A stretch of DNA of 64,000 bases from Gammaproteobacteria bacterium (lineage in GTDB: Bacteria; Pseudomonadota; Gammaproteobacteria; JABDBA01). Below, one piece after another: positions 1-9,694 of the stretch. The stretch covers positions 17,435 to 81,434 of the forward strand of contig JABDBA010000010.1 in the NCBI GenBank assembly GCA_013288885.1, given 5' to 3'. The notes beneath the pieces were generated by a model that worked only from the letters and a program-made list of their open reading frames with translations, had not been told where the DNA came from and did no database searches. Position 1 is the stretch's first letter. Every line of letters begins with the position of its first letter. A program made the translations under genes and the position numbers.

Positions 1-896
1 GTGTGTGGAGCATGATCAGAGCCGATAGTGTCGATGATATTGTCGCGAATCGCCGCGAATAACGCAGTTTGATCTTTTTCACTGCGCAGCGGCGGGTTCA
101 TTACCGCTTTACCCGCTAATGTGGCATAAGAATGGGTGTTTAAAAATAAATGGTGCGGCGTGGTTTCAGCATACACTGGCAAATTTTGTTGTTTAGCTTG
201 TTGTATTAAGGCGACTTCTTCGGCGGTGCTCATGTGCAAAATATATAAACGCGTGCCAAAACGGCGCGTGAGTGAAATTGCTTTTTCAACGGCAGCCACC
301 GCCGCATGAGTGTCGCGAATTTTGGAATGCACCGCATAATCTTTTTCGCCCTGATATTTAGCTTTATTCGCATTTAAAATATGTTCGTCTTCGGCATGTA
401 CCGCGACCAAAATATCGTGCGCGGCGGCGATTTCAAAAATCGCACTCAGTGTTTCATCGCTATCGACTACCAGATTGCCGGTGCTACAGCCCATGAATAT
501 TTTTATGCCGACGGCGTCATGTTTAATCTTTGATAGTTCAGCCAGATGATCTTTGTCAGCACCAAAAAAAAGTTGATAGTGCAAAGGAATGCCCGCTTCT
601 TTGAGTTGCGCATCGATGATTTTCTTTTTTTCTTGCAACAGTGCAACGGTAGTAGTGGGCGGCAAGGTGTTGGGCATATCAAAAACGGTGGTTACGCCAC
701 CCGCGATGCTAGCGCGTGCCGCAGTACGCCAATCTTCTTTATAATCCATACCCGGAATACGAAAATGCACATGCGGATCAGTGAGCGCAGGCAACAAAGT
801 AAGATTTTCAGCGTGAATGGTATGATCTTGCGCACTCGCGATTTGCAAGTTCTTTTTTGTACCATCAATAGTATTAATGTTGAGTATATTGATCAT
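1..896 (-). CDS. pyrC: dihydroorotase (partial; 3' end runs off the window)
   Basis: Absent from the ORF track because it has no stop inside the window. My minus-strand translation from ATG at 894-896 reads MINILNINTIDGTKK...LTDPHVHFRIPG...AVHAEDE...GSDHAPH, which carries cyclic-amidohydrolase (HxH) dihydroorotase motifs. It overlaps the pyrI stop by ATGA (893-896). Confidence 0.85.
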   Translation of the reverse strand, partial: MINILNINTIDGTKKNLQIASAQDHTIHAENLTLLPALTDPHVHFRIPGMDYKEDWRTAARASIAGGVTTVFDMPNTLPPTTTVALLQEKKKIIDAQLKEAGIPLHYQLFFGADKDHLAELSKIKHDAVGIKIFMGCSTGNLVVDSDETLSAIFEIAAAHDILVAVHAEDEHILNANKAKYQGEKDYAVHSKIRDTHAAVAAVEKAISLTRRFGTRLYILHMSTAEEVALIQQAKQQNLPVYAETTPHHLFLNTHSYATLAGKAVMNPPLRSEKDQTALFAAIRDNIIDTIGSDHAPH

Positions 897-1348
897 AAGT
901 TTGTGTATACATCCCTATCGAAGCGTTTTTCACAGTAGTTGCAGATCAACATCACATGTTTGGCAAATTGTTCGACGTTAAAACAACTGGCCACCGGTTC
1001 TGAATGCGTAATACATTTTTCATTCGGGCAGGTAATGATGTTGCTGATGGTTTTGGGTAATTCGGTGGTTACTTTTTTAATCACCTCAAAATTTTTAATA
1101 ATGTTAATCGTGGCTAACGGTGCAAATAAAGTTATTTCATTGGCTTCTTCCGCCGATAAAAAACGATCTTCAATTTTAATCAGATCTTTAAAGCCCAGAC
1201 CTTTGCTGGTTAAATTCAAGCCAATAGTCACGCAATTTTTATAATTAGAAAATTTGAGCAATTTAATGATGCGTAATGCTTGCCCGGCAGGGATATGATC
1301 AATAACCGTGCCATTGTTAATAGCCGAGACAGAAAGTGTTTTGCTCAC
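893..1348 (-). CDS. pyrI: aspartate carbamoyltransferase regulatory subunit
   Basis: 151 aa. GTVIDHIP near the N-terminus and a C-terminal zinc cluster CPNEKCITH...CNYCEK, colinear with enterobacterial PyrI as I recall it. Confidence 0.9.
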   Translation of the reverse strand: MSKTLSVSAINNGTVIDHIPAGQALRIIKLLKFSNYKNCVTIGLNLTSKGLGFKDLIKIEDRFLSAEEANEITLFAPLATINIIKNFEVIKKVTTELPKTISNIITCPNEKCITHSEPVASCFNVEQFAKHVMLICNYCEKRFDRDVYTNL

Positions 1349-2268
1349 GAAAGGCTCCTATTTAATAATAGTGTCAGCAACGCTTGTCGCAACCAAACCG
1401 CATTGGCCGCCTGTTGAAAATAATAAGCAAACGGCGATTTATCAATAGTGGGATCAATTTCGTCGACACGCGGTAATGGATGTAATATTTTTAAATTCGC
1501 TTTTGCTTTGGTTAACAATGCGGGCACTAAAATATGTTGCGAATTTTGTGCTTGTTGTTCGGTTTTATCCAGCCTTTCGCGTTGCAGGCGTGTCATATAC
1601 AGAATATCGATTTTACTGATGATTTCGTCTAATGATTGGTGGAACGAAAATTTGATATTGTTGGCTTTCAATAAATTCCACAATTGCGGTGGCAATGTTA
1701 AAGATTCCGGCGCGACCAAGAAAAAGCGGATATCAAATAAGGCGCAAGCTTCAACTAATGAATGTACCGTACGACCATATTTGAGATCGCCGACTAAAGC
1801 GATGTTAATACCTGCTAATTTCTTTTGGCATTCTTGAATGGTAAATAAATCAAGCAACGCTTGCGTAGGGTGTTGGTTAGCGCCATCGCCAGCGTTAATA
1901 ACCGGTTTGTCAGAAATTTCTGCTGCCAAGCGCGCGGCACCGTCTTTAGGGTGGCGGATAACGATTAAATCGGAATAGCTATTGATCACCTGAATGGTAT
2001 CGGCCAAGCTTTCGCCTTTTTTAGTGGAAATATTTTCTGGATCGGCAAAACCAATCACTTTGCCGCCTAATTTTATAGTGGCTGTTTCAAACGATAAGCG
2101 GGTGCGGGTAGAGGCTTCAAAAAAACAATGCGCAATGATTTTATTATTGAGTAAATTGCTGGCCGGTTTCTTTTTTAATTTTTCGGCTAATTTTAAGATC
2201 GTTAAAATTTGATCGCGCGTGAGATCTTTGATTGAAACGATGTCTTTTTGATAGAGTGTGTTTTTCAT
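1345..2268 (-). CDS. pyrB: aspartate carbamoyltransferase catalytic subunit
   Basis: 307 aa with ATCase motifs STRTRLSFE, QHPTQALLD and LHPLPRV. 4-nt overlaps with carB and pyrI. Confidence 0.95.
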   Translation of the reverse strand: MKNTLYQKDIVSIKDLTRDQILTILKLAEKLKKKPASNLLNNKIIAHCFFEASTRTRLSFETATIKLGGKVIGFADPENISTKKGESLADTIQVINSYSDLIVIRHPKDGAARLAAEISDKPVINAGDGANQHPTQALLDLFTIQECQKKLAGINIALVGDLKYGRTVHSLVEACALFDIRFFLVAPESLTLPPQLWNLLKANNIKFSFHQSLDEIISKIDILYMTRLQRERLDKTEQQAQNSQHILVPALLTKAKANLKILHPLPRVDEIDPTIDKSPFAYYFQQAANAVWLRQALLTLLLNRSLS

Positions 2269-5200
2269 TTTCTCTCAGTAAACTCCCTTAACGATTTCGG
2301 GTTTTCCGGGTGCATATGGTTTTCCACTAAACATTGTAATACCACCTGCGCTAATTGCGCATTGGTCACCAACGCGACATGATGATCGATCGCAATGCGG
2401 CGCATGGTAAAACCATCAGTCTTGTGTGCGGTGTTATTATTGTTGGGTATATTGATAATAAGATCAACGTTGTGATCAGCGATTAACGTAGCAATGTTTG
2501 GCTCGCGTTGCTCGCTGACTTTATACACAAAATACGAGGCGATGCCATTTTTAGCTAAATAATCGTGCGTGCCGCCAGTGCTGTAAATCTCCCAATGCTT
2601 TTCATCCAGTTTTCTTAATAATGGCAATAATTTTTCTTTTTGCGTATCGGCAATGCTCACTAATAATTTTTTATTGGTAATGGTTTGATCGGTCGCCAAC
2701 CAAGCGCTGAAAAAAGCTTCTTTGAGATCATCACCCAAACAAGCCACTTCGCCAGTGGAAGCCATTTCTACATGCGCAACAGGGTTCGCGCCTTTTAAAC
2801 GTTGATAAGAAAATTGCGGCACTTTGACGCCTACATAATCGAGTTCTAAGGTTTCATAAGTGCGTGGTTTGTATTTGCCTAACATAATCTCAGTGGCGAT
2901 TTCAATAAAATTATGGCGCGTGAGTTTGGAAACAAACGGGAACGAGCGCGCTGCGCGTAAATTGCATTCAATCACTTGAATCGAATTATTTTTAGCGAGG
3001 AATTGAATGTTAAATGGCCCGGTGATCTTTAATGCACTGACAATTTGTCGGGTAATTTTTTTAGTGCGGCGTATGGTTTCTAAATAAAGTTTTTGCGGCG
3101 GTAAAACGATGGTGGCATCGCCAGAGTGAATGCCCGCGTTTTCGATATGTTCGGAAATCGCTTGAATCACAATTTCGCCTTTGTTCGCTACGCCATCCAC
3201 TTCCAGTTCTTTCGCATCTTGAATAAATTTGGTGATCACCACGGGGAATTCGCGCGAGATAAGTAGGGCGTCTTGCAGATAACCTTCTAAACTACTTTCA
3301 TCGTGCACCACATTCATCGCCGAGCCCGATAAAATATACGATGGCCGAATTAATACTGGATAACCCACGCGCGTAGCAAAAGCGCGTGCATCTAAAATGC
3401 TCGTAGCGGTATGCCAAGCGGGTTGTTTGATATCCAGTGTATTGAGCAGCGCGGAAAATTTTTGCCGGTTTTCGGCATTGTCGATGGAGTTAGGATCCGT
3501 ACCTAATAATTTATAACCATGGTTAGCCAACGGCAGTGCCAGGTTATTGGCGATCTGGCCGCCGACAGAGACAATGATGCCGCGTGGTTGTTCAAAATCA
3601 GCGATATCTTCGACGCGTTCTAACGTCAAGGGTTCAAAGTACAGTCGATCAGATTCATCATAATCAGTTGACACGGTTTCAGGATTAGAATTAATAATAA
3701 TATTGCTCACGTGTAGCTTGCGTAACGCGCGCACAGTATTCACCGCGCACCAGTCAAACTCAACCGAAGATCCAATGGTATACGGCCCCGATCCTAAAAC
3801 AATAATGGTATTTTTGTCGGCGGGTTTAACATCGTGTTCAATGCCATGATAGCTAAGATATAAATAATTGGTTTGTGCTTCAAATTCGCCGGCCAGGGTA
3901 TCGATTTGTTTAATCGCTGGCATAATTTTGTTTTTTAAGCGCAGTTCACGAATTTTACGCTCTGTGGTTTTTTTCAATAAACCGAGTGCGGCATCGGAAA
4001 ACCCAAATTGTTTGGCAGTGCGTAATAAATCGAGCGTTAATTTTTGTTGCTGAATGGTTTTTTCTAAATCAGCAATAGCTTTAATATGCGATAAGAACCA
4101 CGCATCAATCTTCGATAAATTATGCGCTTCTTCAACACTGTGACCTTGTTTAAAATATTGATACAGTGCAAATAAACGCCGATCAGTAGGGCGTTCAATT
4201 TCATTTTCGGGTTGCGGGATTACATGCGGATAATCGGTCAAACAACTCGCGCCAATATTGAGTGACGCCACAGCTTTTTGCAGACTTTCTGGGAACGATC
4301 GACCGATCGCCATCACTTCGCCCACGCTTTTCATTTCAGTGCCGATGGTGCGATCAGCCGCCCTGAGTTTGTGCGTATCCCAGCGCGGAATTTTTACCAC
4401 CACATAATCCAACGCCGGTTCAAAAAACGCACTGGTTTTTTGCGTGATGCTGTTTTTTAATTCATGCAGTTGATGGCCCAATGCTAATTTTGCTGCGACA
4501 TAAGCCAGCGGATAACCGGTAACTTTAGAAGCTAATGCGCTAGAACGCGATAAACGTGCGTTAAGTTCGATAACGCGGTAATCGCCATTGAGTGGATTAA
4601 TGGAAAACTGTACATTGCACTCGCCCAAGATTTTAAAATGTTCAGCAATTTTTAATGCCGTGGTGCGCAGAAATTGGTGCTCACGATTAGTTAAGGTTTG
4701 TGCCGGAGCGATCACAATGCTTTCGCCGGTGTGCACACCCATCGGGTCTAAATTTTCCATATTACAAATCGTTAACGCGCTGCCTGCGCTATCGCGCACG
4801 ATTTCGTATTCAAATTCTTTCCAGCCAAATAAATATTCTTCGATTAACACTTGTGAAGCGCCAGAAAAACATTCTTGCGCACGTTGTTTCAATTGTTTGG
4901 CATTTTCGATTTTACCAGAGCCTAAACCGCCTAATGAAAAACCTGCTCGTAACATGATCGGATAACCGATTTTTTCTGCGGCTTCTAATGCTTGTGGTAC
5001 AGTGGTGGCGGAAAAACTTTTGGGCGTTTTGATGCCGATGTTTTCTAGTTCAGTTTTAAAGAGATTGCGATCTTCGGTTTTTAAAATGGATTTCACCGAT
5101 GTGCCGAGCACTGTCACGCCGTGTTTTTTTAACACGCCGGTTTTTTCTAAGGCTAAACCTAAATTGAGGGCGGTTTGGCCGCCGAAACCAAGTAAGATGC

Positions 5201-5447
5201 CATCGGGTTTTTCTTTGGCGATTATTTTGCTAACGGTAGCAAGATTGAGTGGCTGCAAATAAATTTCATCGGCCATGCCTGGGTCGGTTTGCACGGTGGC
5301 GATATTGGGGTTGATCAAAACAGTTTTGATTTTTTCTTCTTTTAGCGCTTTTAAGGCTTGTGATCCAGAATAATCAAATTCGCCCGCTTGGCCAATGCGT
5401 AGGCCTCCGGATCCTAACAGCAAGATTTTTTTTATTTTAGGTTTCAT
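2265..5447 (-). CDS. carB: carbamoyl-phosphate synthase large subunit
   Basis: 1060 aa. N-terminus KILLLGSGGLRIGQAGEFDYSGSQA and two duplicated ATP-grasp halves, typical CarB length. Confidence 0.97.
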   Translation of the reverse strand: MKPKIKKILLLGSGGLRIGQAGEFDYSGSQALKALKEEKIKTVLINPNIATVQTDPGMADEIYLQPLNLATVSKIIAKEKPDGILLGFGGQTALNLGLALEKTGVLKKHGVTVLGTSVKSILKTEDRNLFKTELENIGIKTPKSFSATTVPQALEAAEKIGYPIMLRAGFSLGGLGSGKIENAKQLKQRAQECFSGASQVLIEEYLFGWKEFEYEIVRDSAGSALTICNMENLDPMGVHTGESIVIAPAQTLTNREHQFLRTTALKIAEHFKILGECNVQFSINPLNGDYRVIELNARLSRSSALASKVTGYPLAYVAAKLALGHQLHELKNSITQKTSAFFEPALDYVVVKIPRWDTHKLRAADRTIGTEMKSVGEVMAIGRSFPESLQKAVASLNIGASCLTDYPHVIPQPENEIERPTDRRLFALYQYFKQGHSVEEAHNLSKIDAWFLSHIKAIADLEKTIQQQKLTLDLLRTAKQFGFSDAALGLLKKTTERKIRELRLKNKIMPAIKQIDTLAGEFEAQTNYLYLSYHGIEHDVKPADKNTIIVLGSGPYTIGSSVEFDWCAVNTVRALRKLHVSNIIINSNPETVSTDYDESDRLYFEPLTLERVEDIADFEQPRGIIVSVGGQIANNLALPLANHGYKLLGTDPNSIDNAENRQKFSALLNTLDIKQPAWHTATSILDARAFATRVGYPVLIRPSYILSGSAMNVVHDESSLEGYLQDALLISREFPVVITKFIQDAKELEVDGVANKGEIVIQAISEHIENAGIHSGDATIVLPPQKLYLETIRRTKKITRQIVSALKITGPFNIQFLAKNNSIQVIECNLRAARSFPFVSKLTRHNFIEIATEIMLGKYKPRTYETLELDYVGVKVPQFSYQRLKGANPVAHVEMASTGEVACLGDDLKEAFFSAWLATDQTITNKKLLVSIADTQKEKLLPLLRKLDEKHWEIYSTGGTHDYLAKNGIASYFVYKVSEQREPNIATLIADHNVDLIINIPNNNNTAHKTDGFTMRRIAIDHHVALVTNAQLAQVVLQCLVENHMHPENPKSLREFTERK

Positions 5448-6562
5448 AATAATTTATAAAATTTTTCAAACAACCATTGTGTGTCTAAAGGCCCTGGCGC
5501 TGATTCCGGATGAAACTGCACCGAAAAAAACGGCAAGGTTTTATGTTCTATGCCCGCGACCGTATCATCATTCAAATTACGAAAAGACACACGCCAATCT
5601 TTGCCTAAAGTTTTTTCATCCACCGCATAACCATGATTTTGCGAAGTCAAAAAACATTTTTGACTAGCGATTTCAATACAAGGTTGATTTTGCGAGCGAT
5701 GACCAAACGGTAATTTGAACGTTCGCGCGCCAGCGGCTAACGCCATCAACTGCGTGCCTAAACAAATGCCAAAAATAGGTTTTTTCATGGCGAAGGCTTT
5801 TTTAATCAGCTCTATAGTCTCAACACACACTTCGGGATCACCCGGGCCGTTGGAAATAAAAACACCGTCGAAGTGTTCTTTGGTGAAATCATAATTATAC
5901 GGCACGCGTTTCACTTGCATCGGGTAGCGTGTTAAACAGCGCAAAATATTTTCTTTCATGCCGCAATCAATGGCGATAATGGTTTTTTTGCCTTTGCCGA
6001 TGGTTGTTGCTGTACTGACTGAAACTTCTTGCACCCAATCGGTTTGTGCTATCTCAGGAAATTTTTTCGGTTTTTGCGCAGCGGTGCAAATTGCGCCGGG
6101 CGTTACGCCTTTGCTGCGCAATCTTTTAGTGAGTGCGCGCGTATCGACACCAAAAATATACGGGATATGTTGTGCTTTTAGCCAATTTGCAAACTCGAGG
6201 TGGCTGGCATGGTTGGAATAAAAAGGTGCTAACTCGGACATCACCACACCTTTGGCATGAATTTTTTTTGATTCCCAGGTGCTGGGTTCCGAAACGCCGT
6301 AGTTGCCGATTAAAGGATAGGTGAACACTAAAATTTGACCGGCGTAAGAGGGATCGGTCAATGCTTCTACATAACCGACCATGCCGGTATTGAACACAAC
6401 TTCACCATAATGAATGTCTTGTTGATCAGCGGGGATAAAACCGGCAAATGATTCGCCACTTTTGAGAATTAATTGACCGGGAATTGTGTTTGCTTTTGGA
6501 GAAATGGAGGAATTTTGTGTGTTTTTAATTTTAGTCATCTTAGGCGGATAATCTAACTGCAT
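5444..6562 (-). CDS. carA: carbamoyl-phosphate synthase small (glutaminase) subunit
   Basis: 372 aa. Class I amidotransferase nucleophile motif PIFGICLGTQL and FSVQFHPE. Start is uncertain (an alternative ATG lies at 6538). Confidence 0.93.
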   Translation of the reverse strand: MQLDYPPKMTKIKNTQNSSISPKANTIPGQLILKSGESFAGFIPADQQDIHYGEVVFNTGMVGYVEALTDPSYAGQILVFTYPLIGNYGVSEPSTWESKKIHAKGVVMSELAPFYSNHASHLEFANWLKAQHIPYIFGVDTRALTKRLRSKGVTPGAICTAAQKPKKFPEIAQTDWVQEVSVSTATTIGKGKKTIIAIDCGMKENILRCLTRYPMQVKRVPYNYDFTKEHFDGVFISNGPGDPEVCVETIELIKKAFAMKKPIFGICLGTQLMALAAGARTFKLPFGHRSQNQPCIEIASQKCFLTSQNHGYAVDEKTLGKDWRVSFRNLNDDTVAGIEHKTLPFFSVQFHPESAPGPLDTQWLFEKFYKLL

Positions 6563-6587
6563 TTACCACTGAGTGCAAGAGTTTTTT

Positions 6588-7370
6588 TTACAACCCACAT
6601 CTTTGCAAATACGCACTCCAACCTAATAAACGGCATTCTTGCGCGGCGGCTTTGGGATCACTGCTCTGATAGATATGACGGCCGACGATAATCACATCAC
6701 AACCACGCTCAACAATCGCGGTGGTGGGATGAATATAATTTTGACCTAAATGATCACCTTTAGTGGCAATGCCGATACCAGGTGTCATGGTGATAAACGC
6801 CAGATCATCGGTTAATTTTTGCTGCGCGATAAAACCCATCACAAAATCTTTATGCTCCAATGCCATCGCAACAGTTTCGGCGGTGTATTCTTTGTTACAA
6901 AGATTGCCGATAGAACTCATTTGCGCCAGCAATAACAAACCGCGCGGTTTTGCATTGTCTGCCGGTTTTAAACCTTGCACGATACCCGGCCCGGGCAAAC
7001 TGTGCGCATTTACAATATCTGCCCAATCGGCGATATGATAAATACCAGCGCGATATTGCATCTGCACGGTGTGGCCGATGTCAGCAAACTTGCGATCTTC
7101 AAAAATTAAAAATTGATGTTGTGTCGCTAACTGTTTGAGTTGGGTGATCAAATCTTGATCAAAATCTTCGACGATATCGATATGGGTTTTTAACACGCAA
7201 ATGTCGGGGCCTAATTGATCGGCCAAGCGCAATAAGTCAGCTTTTTTAGTGACATCAGCAGAGAGTGAGAGATTGGTTTTTTTCTTCTCCATCAACTCGA
7301 ATAAACGACGCGAAAGTGGATGTGTAGTGTGTTTGATGCGATCTTGATAAGTTGGGGTAGGAAGGGGCAT
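6588..7370 (-). CDS. pyrF: orotidine 5'-phosphate decarboxylase, eukaryote (URA3/UMPS) type
   Basis: 260 aa. Blocks KKKTNLSLSADV, CVLKTHIDIVEDF, FLIFEDRKFADIGHTV, WADIVNAH and the C-terminal GWSAYLQRCG are colinear with yeast Ura3 and the human UMPS C-terminal half as recalled from memory. Confidence 0.92.
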   Translation of the reverse strand: MPLPTPTYQDRIKHTTHPLSRRLFELMEKKKTNLSLSADVTKKADLLRLADQLGPDICVLKTHIDIVEDFDQDLITQLKQLATQHQFLIFEDRKFADIGHTVQMQYRAGIYHIADWADIVNAHSLPGPGIVQGLKPADNAKPRGLLLLAQMSSIGNLCNKEYTAETVAMALEHKDFVMGFIAQQKLTDDLAFITMTPGIGIATKGDHLGQNYIHPTTAIVERGCDVIIVGRHIYQSSDPKAAAQECRLLGWSAYLQRCGL

Positions 7371-7397
7371 AGCATATTCCTAATTCTTCTAATTTAT

Positions 7398-7489
7398 GTA
7401 GGTCGGCTCAAGCGAAGCGGAGCCGACAATGAAGCTTATTTATGCATCCCATGTCGGATCCGTCGCTATCGCTCCTTGATCCGACCTAC
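7398..7489. repeat. REP/BIME-like composite palindromic repeat, copy 1 (between pyrE and pyrF)
   Basis: GTAGGTCGGCTCAAGCGAAGCGGAGCCGACA...TGTCGGATCCGTCGCT...TTGATCCGACCTAC. Same ends and internal hairpins as the copies at 54739, 60691 and 63163. Confidence 0.85.
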
Positions 7490-7519
7490 AAATAGTTCTA
7501 ATTGTATGAGTGACACCCT

Positions 7520-8077
7520 TCATCCCGCCATACTAAAACCACATTCTTTTAATTCTTCCAGCAACTCTGACAACGTGAACACAGTAATCAGCTTGCAACC
7601 CTCTTTCGCTAAATTTTCCGTGCCACCTTGTTGACGATCGACCAACGCACCGGCATAAGGCGTTTTGAGGCCGACATCTTTAAGCTTAACAATCGTTTCA
7701 ATGATGCTAGCACCCGTGGTGACGATATCTTCGATAATTAAGCAATTTTGATCCGGTTTAAAATGGCCTTCGACCAATTTTTTAGTGCCGTAATTTTTAG
7801 CTTCTTTGCGTGCCATCACCATCGGCTTATCGTGTTTAAGCGACAAACAAGTGGCAATCGGCAAGGCGGTATAAGGCACACCGCATAGCAAATCGGCTTT
7901 GATATGTTTCACTTTTTCCCAGATTAAATCAGAAATCGCCTGCAACAGGGCAGGGTAAGAAATAATCGGGCGCAGATCGATATAAATAGGGGAGGTAAGC
8001 CCACTTTTTAGGGTGAAGTTCCCCAATTTAACCGCTTCGATAGCGTACAACTGACGGATGATGGTGTTTTTGTTCAT
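7520..8077 (-). CDS. pyrE: orotate phosphoribosyltransferase, UMPS-N-terminal-like type
   Basis: 185 aa. FTLKSGLTSPIYIDLR, CGVPYTALPIAT and the PRPP loop CLIIEDIVTTGAS are colinear with the OPRT half of human UMPS as recalled. Confidence 0.92.
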   Translation of the reverse strand: MNKNTIIRQLYAIEAVKLGNFTLKSGLTSPIYIDLRPIISYPALLQAISDLIWEKVKHIKADLLCGVPYTALPIATCLSLKHDKPMVMARKEAKNYGTKKLVEGHFKPDQNCLIIEDIVTTGASIIETIVKLKDVGLKTPYAGALVDRQQGGTENLAKEGCKLITVFTLSELLEELKECGFSMAG

Positions 8078-9327
8078 AGTATTATACAGGATAACCCTTT
8101 TCGTGGGGGCTGAAAAGAGGGCGGCGTGGAATTATTTCCATTGCTTATATCTGAATGACCATTTTCCCCTGTGATGGCGGGGAGGGATGTTGGTGAACTT
8201 GGGGCTGAAGATGTATGTAAAGGTGAACTAGTACGCCTAAGCAAGGCATGCTTGTTGAAATGGGGATTAGAATCGCCAGAAAATAACGCAGCTTGTGTTG
8301 TGTATCCGCGATATGCGATGAATAAATTTAATAAAACACCTACTAATGCTGTTATAAGTGGATCGGTAGTCTTGCTGCGTAGAAAGCTCAGCAAAGTAAA
8401 AAATTGCGAGATAAATGTTTTATAAGCACCGGCAAAACGAGCGCGATTCTTATTTGCAGTATTAACATTGTCTGTTTGTCCTGTGAATTGTAAATTCCAT
8501 TTGTAGCTTTCGTTGAAGAATGGTTCCAGCATTCCCATTAGTCCTGGTATTGCCAATGCTATTGAGAATAGTGTTCTTGCCCATAGAGGGAGCGCGGCTA
8601 AGAGCATGAAAAATTTAACTGGGGGTAGTACTGTTAATATAGTATTAGAACCTGCATAGATAATGGCACCGAATTTAGGATCAAAAATAATTAATCGCGT
8701 ATTACAAAAGCGCGCGTTATCGGATTGCGCAAAAGTAGCGGCTTGCGTATAGGCGTTAGTCGGAAAAAGAATGATGGCAGTTGTTGCGCCGATTATTTTT
8801 GTGGTCAGAGAATTATCAAAACCACTCACAGCACTATATATGGAAGAGCTAACACCCAATGTCTTATCGAGAGAAGCCACGGGAAATAAAGCCAGACTAA
8901 AACGAGGGCAACGCAGAAATTGAAACCAATGTGCTTCATCATGTCTGCCGCTGATATAGGCCAAGCTTGGTGCAAAATACCTTTGTAGCGTTTTTAACAG
9001 CAGTGGTAAATAGGTAACAGCTATTGCCACATAGATTAGATTGCTTTGAAATTCATCGAGTTCTTCTTGGCTAGTAGCCCAGAGTACTATATTGGTTAGG
9101 ATCGCCTCAACACCCAGGGCATATAAAGCGGTATTGGGTATTCCATAACATACATCATCAATGGCTGCTCTAATTTGCGCTGCCAATGGGGCCATTGGCG
9201 CGCCAAGCAGTCGGGTTTTTTCTGATGTATCATTTGCATCTGTATCAGATGGAACAAGGCCATCTTCTTTGTGACCTGCTGGATCTCCATTTGGATCTTC
9301 ATCACCATCTTCTGCATCTGCAAACAT
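8074..9327 (-). CDS. polytopic membrane protein with acidic N-terminus, Ser/Pro-rich tail and C-terminal CaaX box (CIIL)
   Basis: 417-aa ORF with several hydrophobic helices. The last four codons are TGT ATA ATA CTA (C-I-I-L), followed by a TGA that overlaps the pyrE ATG (ATGA at 8074-8077). AAGGT lies upstream of the ATG at 9327. Confidence 0.7.
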   Translation of the reverse strand: MFADAEDGDEDPNGDPAGHKEDGLVPSDTDANDTSEKTRLLGAPMAPLAAQIRAAIDDVCYGIPNTALYALGVEAILTNIVLWATSQEELDEFQSNLIYVAIAVTYLPLLLKTLQRYFAPSLAYISGRHDEAHWFQFLRCPRFSLALFPVASLDKTLGVSSSIYSAVSGFDNSLTTKIIGATTAIILFPTNAYTQAATFAQSDNARFCNTRLIIFDPKFGAIIYAGSNTILTVLPPVKFFMLLAALPLWARTLFSIALAIPGLMGMLEPFFNESYKWNLQFTGQTDNVNTANKNRARFAGAYKTFISQFFTLLSFLRSKTTDPLITALVGVLLNLFIAYRGYTTQAALFSGDSNPHFNKHALLRRTSSPLHTSSAPSSPTSLPAITGENGHSDISNGNNSTPPSFQPPRKGLSCIIL

Positions 9328-9565
9328 ATTTGAATACCTTAAAAACGATTAAATGAAATATAAGGGATAGCATAACTACCCATTATGACAATAGTATGAC
9401 AAATTACATCATAATTAAAGTTTAATTTAATGTATAGGCATGGGCCCAGTCTACGATCTGCGTATTTGAGCAAAATATGACCAAACTCGTCGTCGTAGCC
9501 TGGGCCTCTTCACTTCGCTTAAGGTTTCCTTAAGGTTTGTCTGATAGAATAAGAGGATGACAAGT

Positions 9566-9660
9566 GAAGGGGTCAGATCTTGACTTGCTACTTGCTTAAA
9601 AACTATTAGGGTTTGGTAGGTATTTCTTTAGCAAGTAGCAAGTCAAGATCTGACCCCTTC
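9566..9660. repeat. perfect 31-bp inverted repeat with 33-bp loop in a divergent promoter region
   Basis: GAAGGGGTCAGATCTTGACTTGCTACTTGCT (9566-9596) is the exact reverse complement of 9630-9660. Confidence 0.9.
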
Positions 9661-9694
9661 ATCCATATTTTTATATTAATATTAAGGTGAATAT

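Noticed and set aside
2265-7370. Many 60-130-aa ORFs on the plus strand inside pyrB, carB, carA and pyrF (for example 3868-4053, 4588-4965 and 5958-6221).
   Set aside because: They lie entirely within strongly supported minus-strand genes and have no recognisable motifs, so they are typical antisense shadow ORFs.
9096-9323. 75-aa alternative-frame ORF inside the CaaX-protein gene, together with the antisense ORFs in 9737-10689.
   Set aside because: They are nested in longer, better supported ORFs and have low-complexity translations.
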